Virus record (IMG/VR): IMGVR_UViG_3300047160_007019
Span: 12,994 to 76,993 of that record
Origin: a virus
Lineage: Duplodnaviria; Caudoviricetes
Length of the DNA: 64,000 nucleotides
Direction: 5' to 3' (one strand)
Shown: positions 20,721 to 29,975 of the stretch, piece after piece
Layout of the letters: every line of letters begins with the position of its first letter
Numbering within the stretch: position 1 is the first letter of the stretch
Program-made: the position numbers and the translations under genes
The notes under the pieces: generated by a model
The model's input: the letters and a program-made list of their open reading frames with translations, nothing else
What the model was told of the DNA's origin: nothing
Databases searched by the model: none

Positions 20721-22718
20721 TTAGATGCCGCTGTAGGTGACGTATCCCACCGCGATGTACGTCGGCTCCACCACGTCGAAGCCCCACAGGCACTGGCCGC
20801 GGAAAGCGGTCCCGAACTTGTTGGGCAGGCGGATGAACTCGGGCAGCATGTACTGCATTGCCCAGGTCAGGCCGTCGGGGTGGATGACCAGCACGTTCTC
20901 GCAGATCGGGTTGCCGGTCGAGCTGTCCACGTACTGCGGCAGGAAGGTGGACTCGAACAACTCCATGCCGTCGAACGGCCCGATGTAGCCCGTCCGGATG
21001 CCGCCCTCGCGGTCGCCGGTGACGTTGGCGGCCTGGAGGTTGGTCTGCATCAGCAGCTCTCGGTACGACGGCCCGATAACGACCTTCAGGCCCTCGGTGT
21101 AGACGTTGAGCTGCGTCAGCACGCGCTTCATCTTGAGCAGGAAGCTCTGCGCGTTGGACGTGGAGATGGATACCGGCGCACCGGCCGCCCCCAGGTTCGT
21201 GTCGGCGTTGATGCCCGCCGTCGCGCCCTGGTTGGTGGTGGCTACCTGCGCCGGGATGCCGGCGAGGATGGTCTTGTCCTGCTGGATCGAGATTTGCCGG
21301 ACAGCATCGTCCGACAGGCGCTCGAAGTTGTTGTTGATCGCCTGGTAGGCGTCCACGTCCTCGTAAACGAAGGCGTAGCCGTGGCGCTGGTTGATGTACA
21401 ACTGCGCCGCGGGCGTCGTCGGGGTCGTGTAGGCGCCCTGCGCCACAAGGTCGAAGTCCTTGTCGGCGAAGAAGACCTGCACGGTCGGCGTGCGCGGGAT
21501 GATGACGGATTGACCGTACTCGCGGATTTCCGTTTTCTTCATGTCCATGGTTCTTTATCCATGGCTCCTGCCGCTTTCGTCGGCAGACGAGACTATCTCT
21601 TTAGGCCGGTAGCGAATCACAGTGCCGAGACCCTGTTGAATCGCGTGTAGGCGCGCGTGTTGCTTTCTTGGCATCACTTCCAGATTTTCCGGAATGTTGT
21701 TGACCTTGTTTTCGTCGTCGTGATGGGCGACTTCCTCTTTGGTCAACGGACGGCCGAGCTTGCGCTCAGCGATGATGCGATGCTCGCGCACGTAACCCTT
21801 GGAGTCTGCCTCCGGGTGATCCGGCATCTGGATCATCCGGTAGCCGTTCCAGGTCGTGATGAAGCCGACATGGTAGGGGTCCTTGAATGGAATCCCCGCC
21901 GCGCGTGCGTGCTTCTTCACGGTGCCTGGATCAAGGCCGAGTTGCTTCGCAGCCTTCGGCGCAGACATTCCGCTCAGCGCCATGGCTTTGATTTTCTCGA
22001 CAATCTCCGGTGTTACTTTCCTATTCATGTTTTTGGCCTATCCCGTTTTCGTGGCGCTATACCGTCCGGTCTGGACTCCATGCGCTAGTCGTTGAACCTT
22101 CGCCGCATTCCTGCGGCGCTTGGCTGCTGATTGCCCAATCCGAACATTTTTCAGACCGTCGCGCTTGCCATTGCTGGCTACGCTGTGGTGTATTCGGCTC
22201 TGAGGGGTTTCCAGCAATTTACGGGATTTAACGAAGGCTAATTCAACCTTCCCACAGGTCGTGTTACCCATCGGGCTTTTTATCCCGATGTTCTGCGACT
22301 CTCGCCGCAGATCAGCATATTTCTTCATCCCCTTGTGATGGGGAGCCGCGCACTCGTGGACCTTCATAGTCCGGTCTGGACCGTATGGCCTATGCGTTGA
22401 ACCTTCCGGCCATTCCTGGTCGGCTTGGCTGCAGATTGCCCATTCCGGCGTGCACGCCGAATCCACGATCTTTTCGACCGTCGCATTTGTTCTTACGAAC
22501 TGTGCTGTGGTGACCATGGCTTTAGGGTTTTCCTGTCAGTTCACGCGGTTTTTCAACACCTGGGTTAGTTAAGTGTTGTTGCAGATTTCCGCTGCAATAA
22601 CTTTTCCGTAGTGCTTCACAGTGCACGTTGTCGACCACAAGGTCGGCAGCAGCGCACCGTTGGCAATCGTTGAAACGTCGGGGTACTGGGACCCCGGAAC
22701 AATTGGCAATGCGGCCAC
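20721..22718 (-). CDS. Major capsid protein, join(22572..22718, 22246..22254, 20721..21530), 321 aa after splicing
   Basis: GTG start with RBS GAGGA. The spliced junction reads ICNNT-WEG-EIREYGQSVIIPRTP, which aligns without gaps to the capsid motif I recall as ISNTDYEGEIKxxGDTVxIRxxP. Lies directly after the scaffold gene. Confidence 0.9.
21531..22245 (-). ncRNA. Group I intron 2 (715 nt, IA-like) carrying an HNH ORF in P8
   Basis: P1 GAAGGU/GCCUUC with U.G splice pair; P AAAUUGCUGGAAA; Q GGCAAUCAGCAGCCAAG; R GUUCAACGACUAG; S AAGAGAUAGUC; P3 AUCCCGU/ACGGGAU; P9 hairpins; terminal G at 21531. Confidence 0.92.
21555..22028 (-). CDS. Intron-encoded HNH homing endonuclease with N-terminal HTH
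   Basis: YVREHRIIAE..LGRPL..EEVAHHDDENKVNNIPENLEVM...HARLH. Confidence 0.88.
   Translation of the reverse strand: MNRKVTPEIVEKIKAMALSGMSAPKAAKQLGLDPGTVKKHARAAGIPFKDPYHVGFITTWNGYRMIQMPDHPEADSKGYVREHRIIAERKLGRPLTKEEVAHHDDENKVNNIPENLEVMPRKQHARLHAIQQGLGTVIRYRPKEIVSSADESGRSHG
22255..22571 (-). ncRNA. Group I intron 1 (317 nt, ORF-less)
   Basis: P1 CAACACU/GGUGUUG; P10 CCCA/UGGG; P GAACUGACAGGAAA; Q GGCAAUCUGCAGCCAAG; P7 GCAUA/UAUGC; P3 CCGCG/CGCGG; P8 UCCCC/GGGGA; P9 with GAGA tetraloop; terminal G at 22255. Confidence 0.88.
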
Positions 22719-22773
22719 GTTTGTTTCCTCTTTGGTTCAGAAGTGGTTGAGCGCGCCTGCCATGGACTGGGTA

Positions 22774-23883
22774 TTACCCAGGCCCGATCCGCCCTGCGGC
22801 GGCGGCGGCGCGGATGCGTTCGTGAATCTGGTGCACCTCCCGACCGCGACCCATGTATTTGCCGTGTGTCACGTCCTGTTGGAACTTGAGCACTTGCGAT
22901 TCCGTGAAGTCGTACTGCGGTGCCGGTGGCGCTGGATCTTCGCCGGCCGGTCGACCCTCTGGAATCTGGCGACTGTGGGGTTGCGGTTGTGGGGATGCGT
23001 GCTGTCCCACGCTTCGCAAAAACTCTTGCAGCATGTCAACGACCGTGGCGGAATCCAGGGCGGATTGGGCCTCCTGCAGCAGTTGGCCGCGGGTCTTGCC
23101 GTACACCTTGGTTTCCAGCCATGCAGCGAAGCGGTAATCGACCTTGATGCCCTTCTCGTCGTCCCTGAGCGCCCAGGTTTCCCACCCCGGCACGCCCAGA
23201 GATAGCGCGTCGATGAACTCCTGCTCGCGCCGCACCTGTGCTTGATGAGCGGTCTGTTGCTGCGACTGGCGGGTCTGCTGCAACTGCTGCTCCAGCGGCT
23301 TCACCCTGGCTTCCACCAAGGCATTGATCTGTGCAGCGTTGCTTTGCTGCACGACCTTGAGCCGCTTCTCCAGGACTTCATACCCTTCGGTTTCGATTTC
23401 CTCGGGGCTGTAGTAGTCCTCGACCTTCATCACCGGCGGCGGTGGGCGGGTCAATTCGGCGATCTGTTGCGTCAGCCGCGTGTGGTCTTCCCGCAGCCTG
23501 CGCTCGCTGTCCTGGGAAGCGGCAAGCTGCCGTTCCAGGGCCTGGCGCGAGGTTGCATTGGCTACCTGTACGCCCTCGATGGTCCGTAGACGCTGGAGAA
23601 GATTGGCGGGGTCCAGTTCGTTCTGCGGAGCAGGCGGAAGCCCGACGGGTGCTGGCGGAGCGGCGACAACCGGGGCTGGTGGAGCTGGAGCCAATGGCGG
23701 AGGCGTCAGCAGGTCCACGACCGTGGGCGATGGGGCAGGGGAAGGAACCGGCGCGGCCGGCGGATTGGCCGCGAACTGCTGCGGCCGTGGAGGGGCAATC
23801 GGGGTCGCTGCGGCCTGTGCTTTCAAGGTCGCCAACTTCGCCCGTTCAGCGTTCAACATCTGTTGCGTTGCCTGGGATGGCAT
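22774..23883 (-). CDS. Capsid scaffolding protein
   Basis: Pro-rich N-terminus plus coiled coil, between portal and capsid. Confidence 0.7.
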   Translation of the reverse strand: MPSQATQQMLNAERAKLATLKAQAAATPIAPPRPQQFAANPPAAPVPSPAPSPTVVDLLTPPPLAPAPPAPVVAAPPAPVGLPPAPQNELDPANLLQRLRTIEGVQVANATSRQALERQLAASQDSERRLREDHTRLTQQIAELTRPPPPVMKVEDYYSPEEIETEGYEVLEKRLKVVQQSNAAQINALVEARVKPLEQQLQQTRQSQQQTAHQAQVRREQEFIDALSLGVPGWETWALRDDEKGIKVDYRFAAWLETKVYGKTRGQLLQEAQSALDSATVVDMLQEFLRSVGQHASPQPQPHSRQIPEGRPAGEDPAPPAPQYDFTESQVLKFQQDVTHGKYMGRGREVHQIHERIRAAAAAGRIGPG

Positions 23884-24035
23884 ATTTCAAGTCCTCATCC
23901 ACTCCGAACTACCCGTTCCCTGAGCTCGTGCCTGGGCGCCGCCTGATCCGGGGCGGTCCAGTCGCACGGCGGCTCGGGGCCGGCTACGGGCGGTGGAAGC
24001 GTTACGACCGAACGGCGGTCGCGGTCCGTGGGCCT

Positions 24036-24338
24036 TCACCGTTTGGCGAAGTGCGGGTTGTCCCGCTGCCCGAAGTTGATGTCCACGGTCGGACGTGCTG
24101 CCGGCGCCGTGGGGGGCTGCAAAGTCTTGACAGCGATGTCTTCCAGCGTCAGGAAGGCGTGCAGTACCTGCGCGCCGCCCTGGACGCGGTACAGGTTCGG
24201 CCCTTCGATTTCCCGAAGAACCTTCTGCGTCTCGTCCTGCATGTCCTGGAAGATTCCGCATAGGGTCTTAAAGTCCAGGTTGGTCTGGAGCCGGCGCACC
24301 GCTGCCGCCTGCTCCGCTGAGAGCTTGATCTGGAACAT
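24036..24338 (-). CDS. Small portal-adjacent protein
   Basis: MFQIKLSAEQ... with YRVQGGAQVL motif; overlaps the portal end by about 70 nt. Confidence 0.55.
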   Translation of the reverse strand: MFQIKLSAEQAAAVRRLQTNLDFKTLCGIFQDMQDETQKVLREIEGPNLYRVQGGAQVLHAFLTLEDIAVKTLQPPTAPAARPTVDINFGQRDNPHFAKR

Positions 24339-26958
24339 ACGAATAGGTGTCCTCGTCCTGCTGTTGCTGATCTGCGCCCGGCAGCATCGGGACCGCGCCG
24401 GAGTAGTAGCCGACACCGCCATCCGGGTTCACCGACATGCCGCGGCGGATGTTCGCCACGTTGATCGCGGTACGGTTCTTTTCCTGGTCTGCCTTGGTCT
24501 TCTGCGCCAGCTTCGCGCCCTCGATCTTCTCTCGGCTCTTGTCGTGCGCCTGGTGGGTGAGCGCCTGGAGTTGAGCCGGGTTCGGTGGCGGGTTGGCCAT
24601 CCGCTGTTCGATCTTGGCGATGGCCTTCTGCAGGTCCGCGCCTTGGGGGATGAAGTCGGCGGGAAAATGGAGGCCCTTGAAGTAGTCGCGCAGCACGTCG
24701 GCGATCTTGTCCATGCCGGCGAGCTGCTGCACCAGTGGATTTGACAGAACCAGTTGCATGCCCTGCTGGCGTCCCTGCTGCATCTGCTCCTTGATGAGCA
24801 AGGCAGCAGACCCCTTGGGGACCACGTTGCAGTCGCCCTTGATCTGCGGATCGTCGACGTGGAGCATGCACCACACGAACACGTCATAGACCGTCTCGGC
24901 CAGCACCTTCATGTCGATGTTGTTGATGGCTCGGCGGATGCGCCGTGCAGCTGCGCCCATCAGCATGGACAGGCCACCCATCGTCGCGCCAGCGCCAGCC
25001 ACCTTCTCGTCGCCGTAGCTGTAACGCGGTATGCCAGTGGCGTCATCGGCGTCACCCATGAACGCCTGGTAGATTTGCAGAAGTTCCGATGCGATGGATT
25101 GCGGTTGGAAGAACTGGATTGGCACCGCAGCTGCGCCAGTCTGCCCCGTCTCCGGCTTGTTGAACTGCCAGATTTTCCATGGGAACATCTGCGTGATGGA
25201 TTCATTCGGTGGCAGGCGGTCGCTGTTGATGCCAACCTGCGGGCCGGAGGCGATGCCCATGTTGTTGATAAGCGCGCGCGCTGCAGCGTTGCAGGCGTCC
25301 TGCTGACTGGCGCAGAGCTCTGGGACAGCACGGCCCCAGATGGAACCCGGAATCTCCTCGAACGAGGCATGGTGATACGGCCGACGGCCCAGCGGGTCAT
25401 CGTTGATCGTGCAGTACACGACGCGGGTGCCAATCAGGATGGCCGACACCTGATAGCGCCTCTCCGGGTCCAGGCCGGCAGGGTCGTTGGTCTTGACGCC
25501 CCAGTTCATCAACTTGCGTCCCTCGATCGCGCCCCAGTAGTGCAGGGCGTCGATCAGGTCATCCTTGCAGAACCAGTCGAACGTGGTGTCGTTCTCCAGG
25601 CGGGCGCGCTCGGCATCGGTCCAGATCCAGTTGCGCAGCAGACCGCCTTGGTGCTGGTTGCAGGCCCAGCGGATGGCTTCCTCGTCGTAGCCGTCAACGC
25701 CGATGCACTCGTACAACTCCTCGTAGTTCAGGCGCAGGCGTTCGATAAAGTCACGGTCCTGGCAATTGCGCGCCAGCGGAGCGGGGTACACGTCGAACGG
25801 GGATACCGGCTTCCAGAACAGACGCGGTGCCGTCTCCACCATGGGCTTCCATTCGGAGCTGCTGCCGACTGGCATGATCCACTTGAGCTGCTTGCTGTTC
25901 TTCGTGTACGGCCCTTTCAAGAAGGCCGTGGGGTAGGTCGAGAAATACTCGATGAACTCCGCGAAAGAACCGTCGAAGTTGCCGTCGTCCATCTGCTGAA
26001 AGACGCACTCCTCCATCTTGTCGGCGGCCACGCGAGCGCGACGGCGGGTCGCCATCTTCACGTCGTCTTCCATTTGATCGGAGATAGTGAAGATCAGGTC
26101 GCGGTAGGAGTCTCGGTCCATCGCCGGACCGCCCTGCTGGAATGCCTCCACCATGATCTGCTGCGCACGCTGACTCGCGGCTTGCTTGATGATCTCTCGC
26201 ACTTCGGGTGGCAGTTGCGGCAGATGACGGGGCTCCAGGCCGCAGGGACGGTCGCCCGGCGCCAGCAGAATCTCCTTCATCCAACTCGCCAGCGCCGCGC
26301 ACTTGGTGCTGGACACGTTCATGTAGATCGTGCTGTTCGCGCCGCTGCGCTGAATCTCCGCCATCTCGGAGATGGAGTACACGCTCTTGCGCGCCCGCAA
26401 GCATTGAAGCAGGCGACCGTCGGTGATCTGCTTGGAGAGCTTGTTACGCTCCCAGCTGTACTTGATCTGGCCGCCGATCAGAGAGTGTCGCACGGCCTGC
26501 AGGTCGAACTGCTCGGCACCAGCCTCCTCAACTTTCACGTCACCGGGCATGGACGTGATGTAGTTGGGACCGGTGTGCGGAGTCTTACCGGCCTCGTTGG
26601 CGGCGAACTGGTCGTTCGGACGCGTGCTTTCGTCGCTGCCTGGGTTACGTACAGGCTGGTCCATCGGACCCATCGGGCGGATGCCTGGAGCGTCGCCAGG
26701 TCCTGCGCCGGCACCAGTGTTGGGTCCGGAGCCGAAGCGGCCTTCGCTCGCCTGGGAGGCGCGCACGGATGAATTCTGTCCAGGGCCGGGCTGGAAGCGA
26801 GAGTTGATCGTTTTCTGCACCGAGTCCTGCGCGCCGCGGCCGAAGCGCGCATTGATCCCGCCACCACCCTTGAAGGTGGCCTGGGAGGCGTTCTGGATGC
26901 TCTCCGGGCCTTGGCGGCCGAAGCGCGAGGTGCCTTGCATGTTTTGGATATTGTCCAT
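24268..26958 (-). CDS. Portal protein (896 aa) with a low-complexity N-terminal extension
   Basis: Core CLRARKSVYS..IYMNVSSTKC..FSTYPTAFLKGP..GIASGPQV..ADDATGIPRY; follows TerL. Confidence 0.85.
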   Translation of the reverse strand: MDNIQNMQGTSRFGRQGPESIQNASQATFKGGGGINARFGRGAQDSVQKTINSRFQPGPGQNSSVRASQASEGRFGSGPNTGAGAGPGDAPGIRPMGPMDQPVRNPGSDESTRPNDQFAANEAGKTPHTGPNYITSMPGDVKVEEAGAEQFDLQAVRHSLIGGQIKYSWERNKLSKQITDGRLLQCLRARKSVYSISEMAEIQRSGANSTIYMNVSSTKCAALASWMKEILLAPGDRPCGLEPRHLPQLPPEVREIIKQAASQRAQQIMVEAFQQGGPAMDRDSYRDLIFTISDQMEDDVKMATRRRARVAADKMEECVFQQMDDGNFDGSFAEFIEYFSTYPTAFLKGPYTKNSKQLKWIMPVGSSSEWKPMVETAPRLFWKPVSPFDVYPAPLARNCQDRDFIERLRLNYEELYECIGVDGYDEEAIRWACNQHQGGLLRNWIWTDAERARLENDTTFDWFCKDDLIDALHYWGAIEGRKLMNWGVKTNDPAGLDPERRYQVSAILIGTRVVYCTINDDPLGRRPYHHASFEEIPGSIWGRAVPELCASQQDACNAAARALINNMGIASGPQVGINSDRLPPNESITQMFPWKIWQFNKPETGQTGAAAVPIQFFQPQSIASELLQIYQAFMGDADDATGIPRYSYGDEKVAGAGATMGGLSMLMGAAARRIRRAINNIDMKVLAETVYDVFVWCMLHVDDPQIKGDCNVVPKGSAALLIKEQMQQGRQQGMQLVLSNPLVQQLAGMDKIADVLRDYFKGLHFPADFIPQGADLQKAIAKIEQRMANPPPNPAQLQALTHQAHDKSREKIEGAKLAQKTKADQEKNRTAINVANIRRGMSVNPDGGVGYYSGAVPMLPGADQQQQDEDTYSYVPDQALSGAGGSGAPAPDQPGL

Positions 26959-26972
26959 TCGTTACCCCGCGC

Positions 26973-27239
26973 TCATTCTTCTTCTCCGCCGTCGCACTCT
27001 TTGCAAATGCGACGTTGAAGCAGGGAGGCTCCGGCCAGGATGGTGAAACGCTCGACGCCACGGGCCTGCCAGTCGGTGGTGATGCTGCCGATCCTGTCCA
27101 CCTTGACCACGGCGATTCCCTGGAGTGATCCGGTCAGGGCCTCTTGCATCAGGCGGTCGATGAACGCCACCACGTCGGGGTTGGGAGACGTTCCCTCCGC
27201 TGGCGGAATGGCGCCGCGAATTCCGACTACTTGGCTCAC
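26973..27239 (-). CDS. Hypothetical protein
   Basis: Coupled small ORF. Confidence 0.5.
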   Translation of the reverse strand: MSQVVGIRGAIPPAEGTSPNPDVVAFIDRLMQEALTGSLQGIAVVKVDRIGSITTDWQARGVERFTILAGASLLQRRICKECDGGEEE

Positions 27240-27601
27240 GATGTCGCTCCTGCCGTGCCAGGGCGTCGGCGCGGCGTTGCTGTGGTGACTTGCACGATTT
27301 CCAATTCCGGCAAGCGCCCTTCGTCCAATGCCTTCTGCTGCGCTTCGGAAAACTGCGATTCCGGTGGAATGACCGGCTGCGCGAGGATCGTCTGCTCGGT
27401 CTGCACCACCAGCTCAGCCAGCGCGTCCGAAAACTGGTGCGTGGGATGGCTAACGCCGAATCCGATCTTGCGTATGTCCTTCAGCAGAAGCTTCCAGTCC
27501 CGCATGGGCATGGTCAGCGTGATGGTGGCCTCGACCTCCTCGGGGCGTTCCAGGCGGACGGTGGCTTTCATAGCCACTTCACTCCATCTTTCACAGTACA
27601 T
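27236..27601 (-). CDS. Hypothetical protein
   Basis: Coupled small ORF. Confidence 0.5.
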   Translation of the reverse strand: MYCERWSEVAMKATVRLERPEEVEATITLTMPMRDWKLLLKDIRKIGFGVSHPTHQFSDALAELVVQTEQTILAQPVIPPESQFSEAQQKALDEGRLPELEIVQVTTATPRRRPGTAGATS

Positions 27602-27837
27602 GGAAATAACCTTCGACCATGAGTTCTAGAAGCCGGACCACGCTCCAACACGCCAGCGATACCTATCCGCGTGATGTTGTGGTCGATCAGCGTGCCAGAG
27701 TCCCGGATCAGTTCGTATTCCTCTCCAGCGACGGTGATGTAAACGGCCACCCCATGGCCGTCCGGAAGGCTGTGGAGAGTGACATTCTCCACTTCCCCGA
27801 TCAGTTCCAGTAAGCGCTTATTGTCGATGCGGTTCAC
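27568..27837 (-). CDS. Hypothetical protein (MNRIDNKRLL...)
   Basis: GTG start overlaps the upstream TGA. Confidence 0.45.
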   Translation of the reverse strand: MNRIDNKRLLELIGEVENVTLHSLPDGHGVAVYITVAGEEYELIRDSGTLIDHNITRIGIAGVLERGPASRTHGRRLFPCTVKDGVKWL

Positions 27838-28067
27838 GGCGTAATCCCCATCGCCTTGATGCAATCGACGTACTCGCGCTCTTGGCGCTCCAAGCCGATC
27901 AACTTTTGTTCGGCTTCGGAGAGTGATTGCTGTGCACGTCGCTTTTCTCCTGACGCTTCGTTGATGCCGCACCGGATGAGGTAAAGACCGTGCAGCAGAT
28001 GTTCCTCCGGAGTGGTCGGGGAAACAAAGTCCTTGCTGCGCTTTTCGACATACTGCTGATAGTTCAT
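27834..28067 (-). CDS. Hypothetical coiled-coil protein
   Basis: Coupled small ORF. Confidence 0.5.
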   Translation of the reverse strand: MNYQQYVEKRSKDFVSPTTPEEHLLHGLYLIRCGINEASGEKRRAQQSLSEAEQKLIGLERQEREYVDCIKAMGITP

Positions 28068-28411
28068 GGTGAATCACTCCCGTTGACTTCGACACAGCGG
28101 CCGGCGCGGATGTAGCCGTGCCACATGCAGCCGCCGCAGTTGATGCTTGGCGTGAAGGTGGGTGAGGCCGTATTGCCATCCCATATCCACTGCGCAACGC
28201 CGCCGTTCTGTCCGTTCGGATCGTGCTTGATGCCGTGGTGTTCGGTGTGCGGACCCGGTATCAGCAGAAGGTGTCCGCATTCCTCCTCATCCATTCCTGC
28301 CGGGCGTCCGCGGTTGAATACCGGGCAGCGGAAGGTGAAGCGCGCCGGCTTCTGGCCGGCAGGACAAGGCTGGTGATCCAGAGTCAGGAACTGCACGTTC
28401 GCTGCGCTCAT
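28064..28411 (-). CDS. DUF6527-like Cys/His protein
   Basis: W.WDGNTASPTFTPSINC...WHGYIRAG. Confidence 0.55.
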   Translation of the reverse strand: MSAANVQFLTLDHQPCPAGQKPARFTFRCPVFNRGRPAGMDEEECGHLLLIPGPHTEHHGIKHDPNGQNGGVAQWIWDGNTASPTFTPSINCGGCMWHGYIRAGRCVEVNGSDSP

Positions 28412-28412
28412 G

Positions 28413-29966
28413 TCATTTCCATTTCACGTTGACGATAGGCCGCGCTGGCGAACGCGCAGCGGTCGAAGGTAGGCCAGCAATAATCGGCGCCAACTGCATG
28501 CCCATCACGCCAGTGCGGAAGGCATCCGCGCAGTGGCTGGCGTCATCGTGCAGGGGGATGTCGCTCCACACGCTCATCGCTGCGTTCCACTTCTTGCGAT
28601 AGCGTTCCATTTTCTGGATGCCTTCCGCGCAATGCGATTCATCGAACACGCAGAACGGCAAGGTCCGGCGCACCGCCTCGATGCCGTTCTCGATCGAGCA
28701 TGGTTCGACCACTTCGAAGATCAGGCCGTGATCGGCGGCGCTTTGCAGTTGGGTCTTGCCGGTTGACCAGCGGCCCTGGTTCAAGTCGTGAGGTCCGACA
28801 CAGCGCATGGACCGGACCTTGTTGTCCTCCATCCACTTCTTGACGTAGGCGGCGTAATGCGCAACGCCTTCGCCGCTGGCCTGATAGAAGTCGATCACGT
28901 AGATGATGCGGCCCTGGCGCTGGACAAACCATATCGCTGTGCCGTCGCCACCGATGTCCCACCAGGTTTCGACCGGCAAAGTAGGATCGTAAGGCACATC
29001 GGTGATGCGCCCGGACTGCCATGCGGCCAGCATCTGCGAACCGTAGTAGGCGCCTTCCGTGGAGGACTTGAACGCTTCCTCTGGGGTGCTCGGGAATTCC
29101 CGGTACATCATCTCGCCGTATTCGCGCTTCATCAGGCAGTACCAGCGGCGCTGCCCTGGAGTGAAGCGACGGCGGATCATCGCCTCCAGCTTGTTGAGGT
29201 ACACCGTCTCGGTATCACGGTGTTCGGCAAACGGCGTGCTGGTGTCAGCGGTGTAGGTTGGCTCCAGGTACCAAGGCAGGAACTTGAAATTCCACAGCGA
29301 GTTACCGGCACCCTTTTGCGATTCCGTGCAGATGCGGGCGAAGTCGCCGCCCTGGCCCATTGCCGTGGACTCGACGACGGTAATGCCGCGCTGCGCCGCA
29401 ATGAATGCGCCGGTCTTGATTTCCTCGGCGCGCAGCGGCTGGCGAGCGCAGATGTAGCCGTACTCCGTGACGTGCAGAACCTGCAAGTTGCCGGAGCGGA
29501 AGGACACACCGCAGCTGATGTTGGCACCGTTGGCAAAGCCGATTTCAGATTCGGTCCGCTTCACCACGCGGTTCCCAGGGATGTTCCTGATTTCCTCCGG
29601 CAGGTTGTCGTATGGGGCGCAGATTTTGTTCTTGAAAATCTTGCTGGCATCGCCCTTGGTGTGGGCAATGATGCCGATCTGCAGGCCGTCGTTGTTGAAC
29701 AGGGCGGCGTCAAGCCACATCGTGCAGTATGCGGTGGTCACCCGCATCTGGCGTCCCTTCAGGATGCAGACCTTTGGCTTCACATAATCGTAAAGCATCT
29801 CCTGGGTCTGGAATGGAATGAAGTTCTTGATCGCGCCATCGTCGTTACGCACCTTGTACAGGGAGCGCAGCCGCCAGCGCCTGTCAGTCAACTTGTCGCG
29901 CAATTGGTCAACGCCAGCATCAACCTCCGCTTGATCCTGTGCGTGCATGGCGCCGTCGTATCCCAT
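28413..29966 (-). CDS. terL: Terminase large subunit
   Basis: ILKGRQMRVTT Walker A, HVTEYG Walker B, VESTAMG, WDIGGD nuclease motif, SHCADAFR. Confidence 0.95.
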   Translation of the reverse strand: MGYDGAMHAQDQAEVDAGVDQLRDKLTDRRWRLRSLYKVRNDDGAIKNFIPFQTQEMLYDYVKPKVCILKGRQMRVTTAYCTMWLDAALFNNDGLQIGIIAHTKGDASKIFKNKICAPYDNLPEEIRNIPGNRVVKRTESEIGFANGANISCGVSFRSGNLQVLHVTEYGYICARQPLRAEEIKTGAFIAAQRGITVVESTAMGQGGDFARICTESQKGAGNSLWNFKFLPWYLEPTYTADTSTPFAEHRDTETVYLNKLEAMIRRRFTPGQRRWYCLMKREYGEMMYREFPSTPEEAFKSSTEGAYYGSQMLAAWQSGRITDVPYDPTLPVETWWDIGGDGTAIWFVQRQGRIIYVIDFYQASGEGVAHYAAYVKKWMEDNKVRSMRCVGPHDLNQGRWSTGKTQLQSAADHGLIFEVVEPCSIENGIEAVRRTLPFCVFDESHCAEGIQKMERYRKKWNAAMSVWSDIPLHDDASHCADAFRTGVMGMQLAPIIAGLPSTAARSPARPIVNVKWK

Positions 29967-29975
29967 GCCTGGGAG

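Noticed and set aside
21531-21548. Capsid start MDMKKT called by the ORF track
   Set aside because: It lies inside the 3' end of intron 2; the real N-terminus is exon 1 at 22718.
22038-22517. 159-aa ORF across the introns
   Set aside because: It runs through conserved ribozyme cores and has no protein-like features.
21531-22571. Single intron giving the junction NNT-KKT-EIR
   Set aside because: Two complete cores are present, and the WEG micro-exon with its own P1 and P10 restores the EGEI motif.
28413-29966. Intein or intron in TerL (DnaB also checked)
   Set aside because: Both ORFs are continuous, of normal length and lack splice motifs.
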